Part shown: piece after piece, positions 1 to 8,640 of the stretch
How the letters are laid out: the number at the start of each line of letters is the position of its first letter
Numbering within the stretch: position 1 is the stretch's first letter
Source: Candidatus Woesearchaeota archaeon
GTDB lineage: Archaea; Nanobdellota; Nanobdellia; SCGC-AAA011-G17; CAYFGV01
DNA: 64,000 nucleotides
NCBI GenBank assembly: GCA_964452525.1
Contig: CAYVLZ010000003.1
Coordinates: 54,736-118,735, forward strand
Direction of reading: 5' to 3'
The notes under the pieces: model-generated
What the model was told of the DNA's origin: nothing
The model's input: the letters and a program-made list of their open reading frames with translations, nothing else
Database searches by the model: none
Program-made: the position numbers and the translations under genes

Positions 1-124
1 CTTCTAAGCTAAAGAAACCAGCAACGTCCCCTATTAATACGATAAGTAATAAAACCGCTATTACTTTATACCAATTGGTTCGTCTTCTTCTTTTATAATG
101 ATGGGGTCTCCATCTTCTTGCCAT
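1..124 (-). CDS. partial CDS (N-terminus only; runs off window start): basic N-terminal stretch followed by a transmembrane helix
   Basis: Reverse complement from 124 reads ATG GCA AGA AGA TGG... = MARRWRPHHYKRRRRTNWYKVIAVLLLIVLIGDVAGFFSLE with no stop before position 1. Confidence 0.3.
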   Translation of the reverse strand, partial: MARRWRPHHYKRRRRTNWYKVIAVLLLIVLIGDVAGFFSLE

Positions 125-236
125 ATAAATCAATAGATTTTACCTTATTTAAGAATTCTGGTATTTAGATTAAAAAGTCTTAATCACGAGAAATCTTATA
201 AATACCCACTGTATAGGTAAAATAGGGGGTCATAAG

Positions 237-410
237 GTGGCATTGAGCCAAAACGTGTTAAACGCATTAAACCTTGTTGGATTAGCCTTGACTTCTTACG
301 GAGTTATGTGGATTTCAATAAAGAATAAAACAACCCATTTGAAGTGGGCTACAGCAATCGCGGTCTTTTTATTCGTAATCCTTGCTTTTATGGAATTATT
401 AGGGTTGTAA
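237..410 (+). CDS. possible small membrane protein (57 aa, GTG start)
   Basis: AGGGGGT Shine-Dalgarno-like motif 6 nt upstream of GTG; hydrophobic product VALSQNVLNALNLVGLALTSYGVMWISIKNK...; too short for the ORF track. Confidence 0.2.
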   Translation: MALSQNVLNALNLVGLALTSYGVMWISIKNKTTHLKWATAIAVFLFVILAFMELLGL

Positions 411-494
411 GAGTTCTGAATTAGTTCGCCTAACCTACATTAAGGGAACGTTTATATACTAGTTCTGCTATTTTAAGCCTAAAAAGAGGCCAGA

Positions 495-1307
495 ATGCTA
501 AAAAAACTAGAAACTGAGCTCAAATTAAGGGGTTTCTCCCAAAAGACTATCGAAGCTTACTTGCTTCATAACAAACTCTTTCTGGAATACATCAAAAAAG
601 ATCCAGACAAAATAGTTGAACAAGATGTCAAAGATTACCTGGCTCATCTGATTACAGAAAAAAATATCTCTCCCAGATCAATTGCATTAAAAAGGGCTGC
701 CATAAAATTTTTCTTTCACGAAATCTTAAAAAAAGATATAGTCAATCTTAAGACACCGAAGGCATCAAAACCCACTCCAACAGTTTTAACTAAAGACGAA
801 GTTAGAAGACTAATAGAAAGTGCGGGGTCTAGAAAATCAAGATTAATGATACAGATGATATATTCTTCAGGGTTAAGAGTATCCGAATGCTGCAACCTCA
901 AGTTAACGGATCTAGAACTAGAAAACAAAATGGGTTGGGTAAGGAAAGGTAAGGGAAAAAAAGACAGAATGTTAATATTGTCTGAAAAATTAGCCCAATC
1001 CCTGGAAAAATACATCAAAACCCTGGACGAAAAAGAAATCTACTTATTTCCTGGAAAGAATCAAGGGCTTACACCAAGGAACATACAACAAATAATTAAG
1101 AGAGCTGCTAGGAAAGCAGGAATTAAAAAGAAAGTAAGTCCACACACGTTAAGACATTCTTATGCTACCCATTTGTTGGATAAAGGTGTTGACATAAGAT
1201 TAATACAAGAGCTCCTAGGCCATGCTCAGTTATCTACGACACAGATTTATACACACGTTTCTAAAGAACAATTAAAGAGGATTAAGTCTCCCTTGGACGA
1301 TTTATAG
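495..1307 (+). CDS. tyrosine recombinase, XerA/XerC/XerD-like (phage-integrase family)
   Basis: N-terminal SAM-like core-binding domain; catalytic region with HTLRHSYATHLL (HxxR) and C-terminal nucleophile Y in QIYTHV; about 270 aa as for archaeal XerA. Confidence 0.8.
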   Translation: MLKKLETELKLRGFSQKTIEAYLLHNKLFLEYIKKDPDKIVEQDVKDYLAHLITEKNISPRSIALKRAAIKFFFHEILKKDIVNLKTPKASKPTPTVLTKDEVRRLIESAGSRKSRLMIQMIYSSGLRVSECCNLKLTDLELENKMGWVRKGKGKKDRMLILSEKLAQSLEKYIKTLDEKEIYLFPGKNQGLTPRNIQQIIKRAARKAGIKKKVSPHTLRHSYATHLLDKGVDIRLIQELLGHAQLSTTQIYTHVSKEQLKRIKSPLDDL

Positions 1308-1388
1308 TTTATCGACGGAAAACAAAAGGCTTAAATACCTATTTTTCCATATAATTACCTAGTTTTTAGAGGGAAAAGGAGGTGAAAA

Positions 1389-1580
1389 ATGGCAACAAAA
1401 GTTAAATCTGGAGAAAAAAGAGCAAAGGGTTGGCTTTACTTTGTTAAAGGTAACAACTTAGAAGTTTACAAAGCAAAGATGGCTCGTGGTAGAAAGAAGT
1501 CAAGAAAAAAAGCTAAGAAGACAACAAAAAGAAGAACAGCAAAAACGTCTAAGAGAAGAACAACAAAAAGGAGAAGATAA
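1389..1580 (+). CDS. small, highly basic (K/R-rich) protein, probable nucleic-acid binding; function unknown
   Basis: Strong SD AAGGAGGTGA 5 nt upstream of ATG; C-terminal half almost pure K/R/T. Confidence 0.5.
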   Translation: MATKVKSGEKRAKGWLYFVKGNNLEVYKAKMARGRKKSRKKAKKTTKRRTAKTSKRRTTKRRR

Positions 1581-1707
1581 AAACTTTTAATCTTTGATTA
1601 AATTTTTTATTGACAAAAACTTTTAGTAATAACTTAAAACTTTTCAATTTAGTTTCTTGACTCTTCTTAGACTAAAGATTAAAATATATTAGCAATAATA
1701 AAAACTT

Positions 1708-2091
1708 TTATTTCTTTTTGAAGAACGTAGTTAATTCTTTATTATTCTTTTTTGGAGAAATCTGAACCTTTCTCCACCCAACTAACTCTAGCCGGTCTTT
1801 ACTCCCACAATTAGGACATTTTACAGGTTTCTCTTTCTCTGTCGTATTTGACATCCATTCCCAGTTGCATTTGTGACACAACATGCTATATCTAAATAAC
1901 CCTCCACCAGTTAGCTGAAGTTTTCTAGAACTTAATTTCATTACCACTCCAAAAAAGATAGATATTAAAATAGCAATAATTAATGTGAACAAGAAAGTAT
2001 TAGAAATAAAATACCTCAGCCCCAATGCTGCATAAGTTATAGTTAGAGAAAATACAAATACAAGAAGAATTAAAACAATATCTTTATTCAT
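1708..2091 (-). CDS. membrane protein with C-terminal zinc ribbon
   Basis: Two or three predicted TM helices, then CHKC...CPNCG cysteine pairs. Confidence 0.5.
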   Translation of the reverse strand: MNKDIVLILLVFVFSLTITYAALGLRYFISNTFLFTLIIAILISIFFGVVMKLSSRKLQLTGGGLFRYSMLCHKCNWEWMSNTTEKEKPVKCPNCGSKDRLELVGWRKVQISPKKNNKELTTFFKKK

Positions 2092-2121
2092 AAAGAAAGA
2101 AAGTTGAGAAAATATATAAAT

Positions 2122-2838
2122 CTAACCTAAATAACTAAGATCTTTCTTATCTCTCATAACAGTAACCTTCTTACTCTTATCTATCAAACCCTTTACCTTG
2201 GTTTCGAATTCAGTAGCTTTCTTTAATAAAGGTTTATAATCCACTTTCAATCCTAAGTACTTATCAAGCACTTCTATAACTTTTGCTGCAGCTCTTGAAT
2301 CTGGCAATCCTGTTTTGGTTTCAGCAAAGATGCACGATAAATTAGTAGTTTTTAATTTGGTTATTAAAGCAGCAGTAACACCTATAACAATACCTTCTTT
2401 TAACTTTTCAACCTCGGCTTTGTTCCATCTCTTTTCATTTTTGGAATAATAAAATGCTTTACCTCCGCCGCCAACTCCTATTGCCCCAACGCCTTCTAAA
2501 CTTATCAATTCTTTAGCATTTAACATCTTACACAAATCTCTTAAAGCTTCAGCAACCTTCCATTCTAAACCTTTTATGTTAGTCAGAGCATGCAATATCA
2601 CCAGGTTATGTTTTTTATCATAAAATATTCCTAATGGCTCTATAGCTCTCCCATCATGAACAACCAACAAAGGAGATAGATCTTCTAACCATATAGAACC
2701 GATAGGTTTAGCATCTAAATGATCAATTAGAAATTCTGTTGAAATTGTTCCTACTAGTCCAAATCCAGGAAAACCTTCTACTATTGTAACGTTTTTGGGT
2801 TTTTGTTTTAATTCTATCTTCATTTTATACAAAAACAA
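2122..2838 (-). CDS. PAC2-family protein (proteasome assembly chaperone-like, archaeal PbaA/PbaB type)
   Basis: N-terminal IVEGFPGFGLVGTISTEFLIDHL and overall layout typical of PAC2/COG1938 proteins; about 240 aa. Confidence 0.55.
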   Translation of the reverse strand: MFLYKMKIELKQKPKNVTIVEGFPGFGLVGTISTEFLIDHLDAKPIGSIWLEDLSPLLVVHDGRAIEPLGIFYDKKHNLVILHALTNIKGLEWKVAEALRDLCKMLNAKELISLEGVGAIGVGGGGKAFYYSKNEKRWNKAEVEKLKEGIVIGVTAALITKLKTTNLSCIFAETKTGLPDSRAAAKVIEVLDKYLGLKVDYKPLLKKATEFETKVKGLIDKSKKVTVMRDKKDLSYLG

Positions 2839-2850
2839 AACTTTTTAATA
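2837..2850 (+). promoter_or_regulatory. BRE/TATA-like promoter element (AAAACTTTTTAATA) about 24 nt upstream of the tRNA start
   Basis: Same AAAAC-TTTWWA motif found at the same distance upstream of three other tRNA genes in the window. Confidence 0.45.
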
Positions 2851-2873
2851 TTTATATCTTTCCTTTTTTGTAT

Positions 2874-2988
2874 GGGCCCGTAGCTCAGTGGCAGAGCAAC
2901 TGACTTTGGTTGAAGCTCTTATTACCTGAGAAACCAGTGAAGTCTGACTTCGGTTAATAGGTCGCGGGTTCAAATCCCGTCGGGCCCA
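2874..2988 (+). tRNA. intron-containing tRNA. Best reading is tRNA-Gln(TTG) with an approximately 40-nt intron after position 37, but the 3' anticodon-stem/variable region is atypical.
   Basis: Acceptor GGGCCCG/CGGGCCC, D-arm GCTC-AGTGGCA-GAGC, anticodon stem ACTGA with loop CTTTGG. 3' half AGGTC-GCGGG-TTCAAAT-CCCGT-CGGGCCC-A. 115 nt total, so roughly 40 nt is inserted. The stretch is GC-rich in an AT-rich context. Confidence 0.65.
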
Positions 2989-3026
2989 TCCATAAACTTA
3001 ATAAATATCCGTCAAGACTTGTTCTT

Positions 3027-3344
3027 ATGGGAGATTTAAAGGAACTATTATTAAAAGAGTTAAAAGATAAGAAACTAAGCCAAGAAGAATTAGAAGAAGA
3101 ACTTTCAAAGAACATAGAAGATAAAGAAGTGGTTAAAAGGCTAGATGAACTTGTTCTGGCTGGAAAAATAACATTTAGACAGTACGGGAGTTCACTTATA
3201 AAGAAGTTTGATGGAAGCTGGAGAAGAAAAGCTTTAGATTATGACAAGGACCAGATTCTCTTAATGAGTTTTTATTATCTTTTTGCTGGAATCCCCGACA
3301 AGATAAAATACTTTCTTATTAGAAATCCGATACATTTTTATTAA
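3027..3344 (+). CDS. hypothetical protein (charged N-terminus, possible helix-turn-helix segment)
   Basis: ORF with protein-like composition; no recognisable family. Confidence 0.35.
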   Translation: MGDLKELLLKELKDKKLSQEELEEELSKNIEDKEVVKRLDELVLAGKITFRQYGSSLIKKFDGSWRRKALDYDKDQILLMSFYYLFAGIPDKIKYFLIRNPIHFY

Positions 3345-3364
3345 ATCTTTTTTTAAACAGAATT

Positions 3365-3709
3365 ATGCATGATATCAGAGATTGGATTAAAAATCTTAGA
3401 GAAACTAAAAAATTAATTGTTGTTGAGGGGAAAAAAGATAAACAAGCCTTGGCCAGGTTTGGGATTAATAACACCATAACAATAGCCAATAAAGCTACTT
3501 ACAAATCTATTGAGGAGATCTCGAACAAAAACAAAGATTGCATCTTGCTTCTCGATCTTGATAAAGAAGGAAAAAAACTATTTTCAAAAATGAGACACCA
3601 TCTTCAGAAAAACGGAGTTAAAATAGATAACAAATTTAGAAACTTCCTTTTCAAAAAAACAAAATTGTCACACATAGAGGGCCTTCCTAGGTATATAAAA
3701 AACTCATAG
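3365..3709 (+). CDS. small stand-alone Toprim-domain protein (COG1658-like 'small primase-like' protein)
   Basis: Conserved E in LIVVEGKKD and DxD in ILLLDLDKEGKK; about 114 aa as typical for this archaeal family. Confidence 0.55.
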   Translation: MHDIRDWIKNLRETKKLIVVEGKKDKQALARFGINNTITIANKATYKSIEEISNKNKDCILLLDLDKEGKKLFSKMRHHLQKNGVKIDNKFRNFLFKKTKLSHIEGLPRYIKNS

Positions 3710-3982
3710 AATACTTCTTACCCGTTCTATGTGCTCAGCAATTTTATTACCATTATCAGTAAGTTTTATTGTTTTAATTCTCCCCTGTTTTTCAAAACAA
3801 ACAAGTTTTGCTTTCTCCATCTCTTGGAGAATTTTAACAGCATGACTATAAGTACAATCCACTTCTTTTGCCAAAACACTACCATACCTGTTCTTACTAC
3901 TGTTTCTCAATGAAACAAGAATCATTGCAGGTTTCTTTCGAAAAAATACCTCAAAAATATCTTTTTTTCTAGCCAATATCAT
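3704..3982 (-). CDS. winged-helix transcriptional regulator
   Basis: HTH-like segment GSVLAKEVDCTYSHAVKILQEMEKAKLV; 92 aa. Confidence 0.5.
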   Translation of the reverse strand: MILARKKDIFEVFFRKKPAMILVSLRNSSKNRYGSVLAKEVDCTYSHAVKILQEMEKAKLVCFEKQGRIKTIKLTDNGNKIAEHIERVRSIL

Positions 3983-4115
3983 ACCCCCACATGTTAAATA
4001 GTATGTCTAACTATAATTTAAAGGTTGCTATTTTGTAAAACATACATTGTAGTATATATATTTCTCATAATATGTATCAAAAGATTTATATAAACATTTC
4101 TTTCTTCTTACAAAT

Positions 4116-5390
4116 ATGATAGACATCAAGCTTATACGCGAAAATCCCAACTTAGTTAAACAAAATATAAAGAAGAAATTCCAGAATAAAAAGCTTCCTT
4201 TAGTAGACAAAGTTAAAAGATTAGATGAAGATTGGAGAAGCTTAAAAGAGAAAGAAGATAAATTAAGAGCACAAAGAAATAAAATTTCTATACAAATAGG
4301 AGAAGCCAAAAAACAAGACAAGTCAGCTAGAGATTTAGTCAAAAAAGCCAAAGGCATTCCTATTAAGATATCAGAATTAGAAGAGAAAAGAAAAAAATTA
4401 GAGATACAAATAACAGAAATTATGTATAGGATCCCAAACATGATTCACGAATCGGTTCCTATTGGAAAAGATGACTCCGAAAATGTAGAAAGAAAAAAAA
4501 TAGGAAAACCAAAAAAACCAAATTATGAAGTATTTAACCATGCAGAATTAGCAGAAAAATTAGGTGGGGCAGATTTCGATACTGCAAGAAAAACTTCTGG
4601 AAGAGGTTTTTATTTCTTAAAAGGAAAGTTAGCTTTACTAAGTTCTGCTATGACCGAGCTTGCAAAAGAGTATATGCTTAAACAAAGTTTTGAATACGTC
4701 GAGCCTCCTTTAATGATTAGGAAAAAAGTTGTAGATGGGGTAATGTCTTTTGAGGAAATGGAAAACATGATGTATAAAATAGAAGGTGAAGATCTTTATC
4801 TGATTGGAACCTCTGAACACCCCATGATAGGCATGTTCATGGACAAGACAATCAAAGGCAAAAATCTTCCAATAAAAATAACTGGATTTTCATCTTGTTT
4901 TAGAAAAGAGATAGGGGCACATGGTTTAGATGAAAAAGGTTTTTACAGACTCCACCAATTTAACAAACAAGAAATGATAGTCATCTGCGAACCAAAAGAT
5001 TCTTACAAGTGGTACGAAAAAATGCTGAAATACACTATAGATGTCTTTAGAGCAATGAACATTCCTGTAAGGGTTTTTGAATCTTGTTCAGGAGACCTAG
5101 CGGACTTAAAAGCTAAGGGCTGCGATGTAGAAGCATGGTCACCCAGACAAAAGAAATATTTTGAAGTAGGTTCATTGACAAACATGGAAGAGGCACAAGC
5201 CAGAAGATTAAACATTAAAATAGATAATAAGGGAAAGAGATACTTCGCTCATACATTAAACAACACAGTTATTGCTGTTCCTAGGGCTTTAAGATTTTTC
5301 ATGGAAAATAATCAACAAAAAGACGGTTCAATAAAGATTCCTAAGGCCCTTCAGAAATACACGAAGTTCTCAAAAATAGATAAACGCTAA
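4116..5390 (+). CDS. serS: seryl-tRNA synthetase
   Basis: N-terminal coiled-coil arm; class II motif 2 FSSCFRKEIGAHGLDEKGFYRLHQFNKQE and motif 3 GSLTNMEEAQARRLNIK characteristic of SerRS. Confidence 0.9.
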   Translation: MIDIKLIRENPNLVKQNIKKKFQNKKLPLVDKVKRLDEDWRSLKEKEDKLRAQRNKISIQIGEAKKQDKSARDLVKKAKGIPIKISELEEKRKKLEIQITEIMYRIPNMIHESVPIGKDDSENVERKKIGKPKKPNYEVFNHAELAEKLGGADFDTARKTSGRGFYFLKGKLALLSSAMTELAKEYMLKQSFEYVEPPLMIRKKVVDGVMSFEEMENMMYKIEGEDLYLIGTSEHPMIGMFMDKTIKGKNLPIKITGFSSCFRKEIGAHGLDEKGFYRLHQFNKQEMIVICEPKDSYKWYEKMLKYTIDVFRAMNIPVRVFESCSGDLADLKAKGCDVEAWSPRQKKYFEVGSLTNMEEAQARRLNIKIDNKGKRYFAHTLNNTVIAVPRALRFFMENNQQKDGSIKIPKALQKYTKFSKIDKR

Positions 5391-5421
5391 TTTTATAAAT
5401 CCCTGGAATTTTAGCAGAGAT

Positions 5422-5661
5422 ATGGCAGAAGAAAAAGATATCTATTCAGACGAATCTAGGGAAGAACTCGGAGATGGAGATGAAATAGACGAAGTAGAAG
5501 AAGGTTTCATGAAAGGTTACAGTGAAGACCACATGGCAGAATGTGCAAACTGTGGAAAAATATTAGAAAGAGATGTAGTAGAAGAAGAAATAGAAGATGA
5601 AACCTATAGATTCTGTTCTGAAAGATGCGCCAAAAAATTCGAAGAAAAGTTAAATAAATAA
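5422..5661 (+). CDS. acidic TRASH-domain (CxxC-x20-CxxxC) metal-binding protein
   Basis: CANCGK...(20 aa)...CSERC matches the TRASH signature; N-terminus very acidic. Confidence 0.5.
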   Translation: MAEEKDIYSDESREELGDGDEIDEVEEGFMKGYSEDHMAECANCGKILERDVVEEEIEDETYRFCSERCAKKFEEKLNK

Positions 5662-5679
5662 ATTTTTTTCTTTTTTAAA

Positions 5680-6285
5680 ATGAAAAAACTGAAAATTTTA
5701 GCTGCTGGTGACTTTCATGGAGACTCTCTACTAGCCAAAAAAATGGCCAGAAAAGCGGAAAAAGAAAAAGTCGACTTAGTAGTTCTCTGTGGGGATCTAA
5801 CAACAGCAGATGAAAAAACCGAGAATTTGATAGGACCCTTTGTTAAAAAGAAACAAAAAGTTCTACTGGTTCCAGGAAATCATGAATCAATCGCAACTGC
5901 AGATTTTTTAGCAGATATCTATGGTATTAAAAACATTCACGGATATTCTGTTAATTATAAGGACGTCGGAATCTTTGGTTGCAGTGGTACGGATCTAGGA
6001 ATACATCAGATGAAAGATGGAGAAATTTTTAAATTACTTAAGAAAGGCTTTGATAAAGTTAAATATCTTAAGAAAAAAGTCATGGTTACTCACGTACATC
6101 CTAGAGGTTCAAAGATGGAATTCTCTGGATTCGAAGGTTCAAAAGGGATAAGAAAAGCAATAGATAAATTAAAACCAGACGTATTACTTTGTAGCCATAT
6201 CCACGAAGCCGAAGGTATAGAAGATAAGATAGGAAAAACAAAAATAATAAGTGTAGGAAGGAACGGAAAAATAATTGAAATCTAA
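5680..6285 (+). CDS. calcineurin-like metallophosphoesterase
   Basis: Motifs AAGDFHG, VLCGDLT, VPGNHE, HVHP. Confidence 0.75.
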   Translation: MKKLKILAAGDFHGDSLLAKKMARKAEKEKVDLVVLCGDLTTADEKTENLIGPFVKKKQKVLLVPGNHESIATADFLADIYGIKNIHGYSVNYKDVGIFGCSGTDLGIHQMKDGEIFKLLKKGFDKVKYLKKKVMVTHVHPRGSKMEFSGFEGSKGIRKAIDKLKPDVLLCSHIHEAEGIEDKIGKTKIISVGRNGKIIEI

Positions 6286-7673
6286 ATCTTTTTAACCATA
6301 TAAGCACCCTCCAATTTATATCCTAAACTTCTATAATAATCTCTCACACCAACGCCAGAAATAACAGCTATTTTATTACATCCCTCTTCTTTTGCTACCT
6401 CCCCTGCTTCTTCCATTAATTTTCTCCCAATACCTTTATGCTGCCACTTTTTCTTTTCTAATTTCCCAATATCAACCTGCGGCCCATAAACATGCAACTC
6501 TCTTAATAAAATTGTTTTACCTGTAAACTCTTTTCTTAAAATTTGAGAAGGTATCCTTAATCTACATATCCCGAATAAAATTTTATCAGAATTTTCTGCA
6601 CTAATAAAGATTTCTTTCCCTTTGCTAGCTTCGTATTCTTTTCTTTTAGTTTTAACATCTTTCTTTACTTTCTCGCCTCTTAACAATCTAAATCCAACTT
6701 CTCTACACCTTATACATTTACATTCAATCTTTCTCTTAACCAATTCATTAAATAGAATATTCCTTAAATCAATCCTTTTTGTTCCAGAAACCAAATAAGA
6801 AAAAGGAATTTCCCTCATAACCCTCATAATTCTGCAATGTTCCGGAACTATTCTCTTAATTTTTAAAATTAATTCTATCAATTCTTTTTCACTATATGTT
6901 TTATATTTTCCCCCTTCATAAAGTTTAACTAATTTAGCACCCTTAATGACCTGGGTTGGATAGATTTTAATTTGATCGGGTTTAAAATCACTATCTTCAA
7001 ATATTTTCTTAAACATCTCAAAATCATGTTTAACATTAGAACCTGGAAGATTAACCATCATATGATAACCAGTCTTGAAACCAAAATCCTTCAATAATCT
7101 AGTAGCTTCTAGCACATCTTTAACAGTATGACCTCTTTTTATTTTTTTATAGATTCTATCATCTGGAATTTGAACTCCAATTTCACACCTAGTAGCCCCA
7201 AAATTCAACATTCTATTAATCTCTTCTTTACCGCAAACATCTGGCCTTGTCTCAATACATAAAGCAACACACCTATGTTTAGCTTTCTCATTTAATTTCT
7301 TAGATTTCTCTAAGTCAACCTTAGAATTATTAAATGCGTTATAACATCCAGTAATGAATTTATTCTGATAACCTAAAGGATAAGAAAGAAAAGTTCCACC
7401 CATTATTATTAACTCGACCTTATCAGTGGGATGCCCCATTACTTTAAAAGCTTTTAATCTAGCTTTTACTTGTTTATAAGAATCGTATTTCAAAGCAGCT
7501 GCTCTTAAAACAACAGGACTATCAGGAACATATGATTGTGGAGTATCGATAGAAGGACAATATAAACAAGTCCCGTGATCACATTTCCTAGGTTTAACCA
7601 TCACAGCTAAGGGCGTTACACCACTAATAGTCTTAGTTGGTTTCCTATTCTTAATTTTATTAGTATAAGCCAT
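6282..7673 (-). CDS. elp3: Elongator Elp3 homologue (radical-SAM plus GNAT tRNA-modification enzyme)
   Basis: Radical-SAM cysteine cluster KCDHGTCLYCP and C-terminal GNAT motif QHKGIGRKLMEEAGEVAKEEG. The longest ORF extends to 7730; the start is probably the internal ATG (MAYTNK) because of the divergent overlap with the neighbouring gene and an upstream TATA-like element. Confidence 0.8.
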   Translation of the reverse strand: MAYTNKIKNRKPTKTISGVTPLAVMVKPRKCDHGTCLYCPSIDTPQSYVPDSPVVLRAAALKYDSYKQVKARLKAFKVMGHPTDKVELIIMGGTFLSYPLGYQNKFITGCYNAFNNSKVDLEKSKKLNEKAKHRCVALCIETRPDVCGKEEINRMLNFGATRCEIGVQIPDDRIYKKIKRGHTVKDVLEATRLLKDFGFKTGYHMMVNLPGSNVKHDFEMFKKIFEDSDFKPDQIKIYPTQVIKGAKLVKLYEGGKYKTYSEKELIELILKIKRIVPEHCRIMRVMREIPFSYLVSGTKRIDLRNILFNELVKRKIECKCIRCREVGFRLLRGEKVKKDVKTKRKEYEASKGKEIFISAENSDKILFGICRLRIPSQILRKEFTGKTILLRELHVYGPQVDIGKLEKKKWQHKGIGRKLMEEAGEVAKEEGCNKIAVISGVGVRDYYRSLGYKLEGAYMVKKI

Positions 7674-7716
7674 ATCCAGAAAAATCTTATAAACTTTAAA
7701 AAACCTTTCCATAAGT

Positions 7717-8313
7717 ATGAAACAGGACAAGGTATGGGATTCGATAGCACCACAATGGTATAATTTCAGACATTGGCCATTTCCGGAGATTGTTAAGGAA
7801 CTTTCAGAAAAATGGAAGCCTGGAAAAATTCTTGATATTGGTTGTGGTAACTGTAGAAATCTAATGCCTTTCGCTAAGAGGGGATTTGAGTGCTATGGTA
7901 TAGATTTTAGTGAAGAAATGATAGATCACTCAAAAAAATATTGTAAGAAACACAAACTTAAAATCAATTTAAAAGTAGCAGATGCAAAAAAAATTCCATT
8001 CAAGGATAATTACTTTGACTACTGTTTATTTCTTGCTTCTTTAAACTGTATTGAAGAAGAAAGAGAAAAAGCTTTACTAGAATCAAAAAGAGTTTTAAAA
8101 AAAGACGGCCTAGCTCTAATTACTGTTTGGAATAAGCTAAAAAAAGAATTCTGGTTTAAACCGAAAGATATTTACTTAAAATGGGGAGAACATGAAAGAT
8201 ACTATCACTTGTTTACACCTTGGGAACTAAATAGATTATTAAAACAAGTTGGCTTTAAGGTTCTTGGAAAGAATATTTTTGGAAAAAATTTAATTTTTAT
8301 TGTTAAAAAATAA
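7717..8313 (+). CDS. class I SAM-dependent methyltransferase
   Basis: Motif I ILDIGCGNCRN, motif post-I YGIDFSEEM. Confidence 0.7.
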   Translation: MKQDKVWDSIAPQWYNFRHWPFPEIVKELSEKWKPGKILDIGCGNCRNLMPFAKRGFECYGIDFSEEMIDHSKKYCKKHKLKINLKVADAKKIPFKDNYFDYCLFLASLNCIEEEREKALLESKRVLKKDGLALITVWNKLKKEFWFKPKDIYLKWGEHERYYHLFTPWELNRLLKQVGFKVLGKNIFGKNLIFIVKK

Positions 8314-8358
8314 ATAAAAACGAAAAATATATAAAAAAATAATTTTCCCATCTTTCTC

Positions 8359-8583
8359 ATGAAATTTCCAATTTTTCTAAGAGTAGATCATCCAAGATTA
8401 AGAGAGATAGTAGAATCTTTTGATAAAGAAATAAGCACTGATGAGCTGGAAGATTTCAACAGAATAGCAAGCGACCTTAAGTTGGGACATATTGGATACG
8501 TCAATTGTATGGAAGGGTCAAAAACTTATGAAGAATGCTCAAATGATCCTAGATATGTTAAAAAGATACACGAGGTTTACTAA
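8359..8583 (+). CDS. hypothetical protein
   Basis: 74-aa ORF with protein-like composition. Confidence 0.3.
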   Translation: MKFPIFLRVDHPRLREIVESFDKEISTDELEDFNRIASDLKLGHIGYVNCMEGSKTYEECSNDPRYVKKIHEVY

Positions 8584-8640
8584 AATTATAAATTCCTTCT
8601 CCAAAACCTTTAAATAACTTATCTGAGACTTTGCATTTCT

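Noticed and set aside
716-1018. 100-aa minus-strand ORF inside the recombinase gene
   Set aside because: Antisense to a well-supported CDS; hydrophobic, low-complexity translation typical of the reverse frame of K/E-rich genes
1389-1580. K/R-rich 63-aa protein as a ribosomal protein (eL40/eS30-like) or histone
   Set aside because: No match to the conserved cores of those families could be recognised; kept as generic basic protein
4028-4441. 137-aa minus-strand ORF overlapping the serS start and promoter region
   Set aside because: Phe/Leu/Ser-rich low-complexity product; overlaps a confident CDS
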